Assembly (NCBI GenBank): GCA_030704615.1
Contig: CM060731.1
Location: 29,574,001 to 29,638,000 of the forward strand
Length of the DNA stretch: 64,000 bases
Origin: Takakia lepidozioides
Lineage: Eukaryota > Plantae > Bryophyta
Reading direction: 5' to 3'
Shown: positions 62,780 to 64,000 of the stretch, piece after piece
Layout: each line of letters begins with the position of its first letter
Numbering within the stretch: the stretch's first letter is position 1
Made by a program: the position numbers and the translations under genes
The notes under the pieces: model-generated
Database searches by the model: none
Seen by the model: only the letters and a program-made list of their open reading frames with translations
What the model was told of the DNA's origin: nothing

Positions 62780-64000
62780 CAGAGACAATAAGTCTACACC
62801 AGAGACACAAATCGACCCTGTCAGGGCGATGGGAATCTCCATCCGACCTGGAGGAGTGTTCAATTTCTTTTTGCATGATCCAAATGTTTCCTCGCCTTCC
62901 AAATGGGGGACCCTGGATTGCAAAAGGGAACCTTAAGTGCACCTGTTCAGAGCTCTCGCCATCTTCGATGGGTCTCCGGACCTACTCGCAGCCCTTAGCA
63001 TCAACAAAGTCGTATCATGGGGCCCTTGCCTCCGCTCCGTCATATTAGAAAATTCCGATATCTGGTTTGTTGTGTAAGTGCCCACACCATGTCATCTGCA
63101 ATGGCAACATACAAGTCACGTCCTGCTTTGGTAGACTGCTGCATCCAGGCGTTGTGAACAGTCTCCGCCAAATTACACGAAGGCATGTCGGTCAAGTCCT
63201 CCAAGGACATGTCCTAAAGGAGGCCATGCACGCAAATGTGAGGAATGAAAGGAAATGGTGGAGATTCTGCAAGTGACAATCTAGCAACCCTAGAGGAATT
63301 GGAACAGGCACGATGCAAAGTGAAATTTGTGTTTCTGGGATTGAAGAGGCTTACCGTCGTCATGAAAGCTCCCCATTGTCTGTACCTGAAGTCCAAGAAA
63401 ATCAACCAGTCCTCCAACTCCTTCAGCTGGATCCCAGTAGCAGCACCAAAGGAGAACCACCAAGCCCAGATTGCTTGGTAAGTGCTCTCAGCTTCTCCCA
63501 TTGAGGTGGCATTTTTGTACTTGAGGCAGAGCCTTCTGTGCTTCAACTGAAGGTCAGGTCGAATACAACGCTTTTGTATGACGTGCCAGAGATTGACTCC
63601 AATGGAAGAGGCATGTGCGCTCCCTATTTTCCATTGGCACTTTAGGATCCCCCGATCCAAAGACTCGCCGCACTGCATTGAAATTTGTCTGTGCACTATC
63701 AGCCATGAACCCCGCAAAATTTGTGTTTTGCATTCCATTGCGCTGCATGACGGCTAGGAGAGAATTCCACATCAGCATTTAGATTTAGTGTCCTCTGACT
63801 GCATATCACAAATTGTTATGGAGAGCACATGCTGGTACACTGGATCGTACACATGGCAAGCCATGGTTGTCCAACCCTTCACCCGTTTGCAGTGATCAAA
63901 CATTAACCAACATTTCGCCAAATCTCCTCGAGGTTGCATTCGGCGGACAATGCTAACACCACTGCCTTCGCACACTGTGGACATTTTGAACAAATACACC
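62780..64000 (-). pseudogene. Second MULE DDE transposase, running off the window end
   Basis: WLMFDHCKR; FMADSAQT; RTCLFHW; intron; MPSCNLAETVHNAW (putative catalytic E, ~63165); MLRAASRSGDPSK; DSHRPD. Confidence 0.82.

Overview
Repeat-dense eukaryotic DNA, most likely from a seed-free land plant (inferred from PLS-type PPR fragments, a class I sHSP, spliceosomal introns and the TE content). It has one intact host gene: an intron-containing class I small HSP (51940-52629, -), head-to-head with a truncated paralogue across an HSE-rich promoter. The rest is nested, mostly decayed transposons. 1-7.2 kb: a Dualen/RandI-like LINE with domain order 2A-like, APE, RT, chromodomain, PCIF1/CAPAM-like MTase fold, RNase H, CCHC/RLE. 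Also a CACTA end, a CACTA MITE, a non-chromovirus Gypsy (12.7-18.5 kb), PPR debris, a trihelix/Myb pseudogene, a Copia gag and a TA-targeting TIR element. Main result: 35.6-64 kb is a nest of several diverged copies of one Mutator-like (DDE+SWIM) family. The family also carries a spliced ParB/Srx + beta-class (N4C/N6A-type) DNA methyltransferase fusion gene, shares a hairpin-rich terminus, and has copy-specific ~22-46 bp palindromes in its introns and spacers. Domain calls come from manual translation and motif recognition; no database search was run. Boundaries of decayed elements are approximate.
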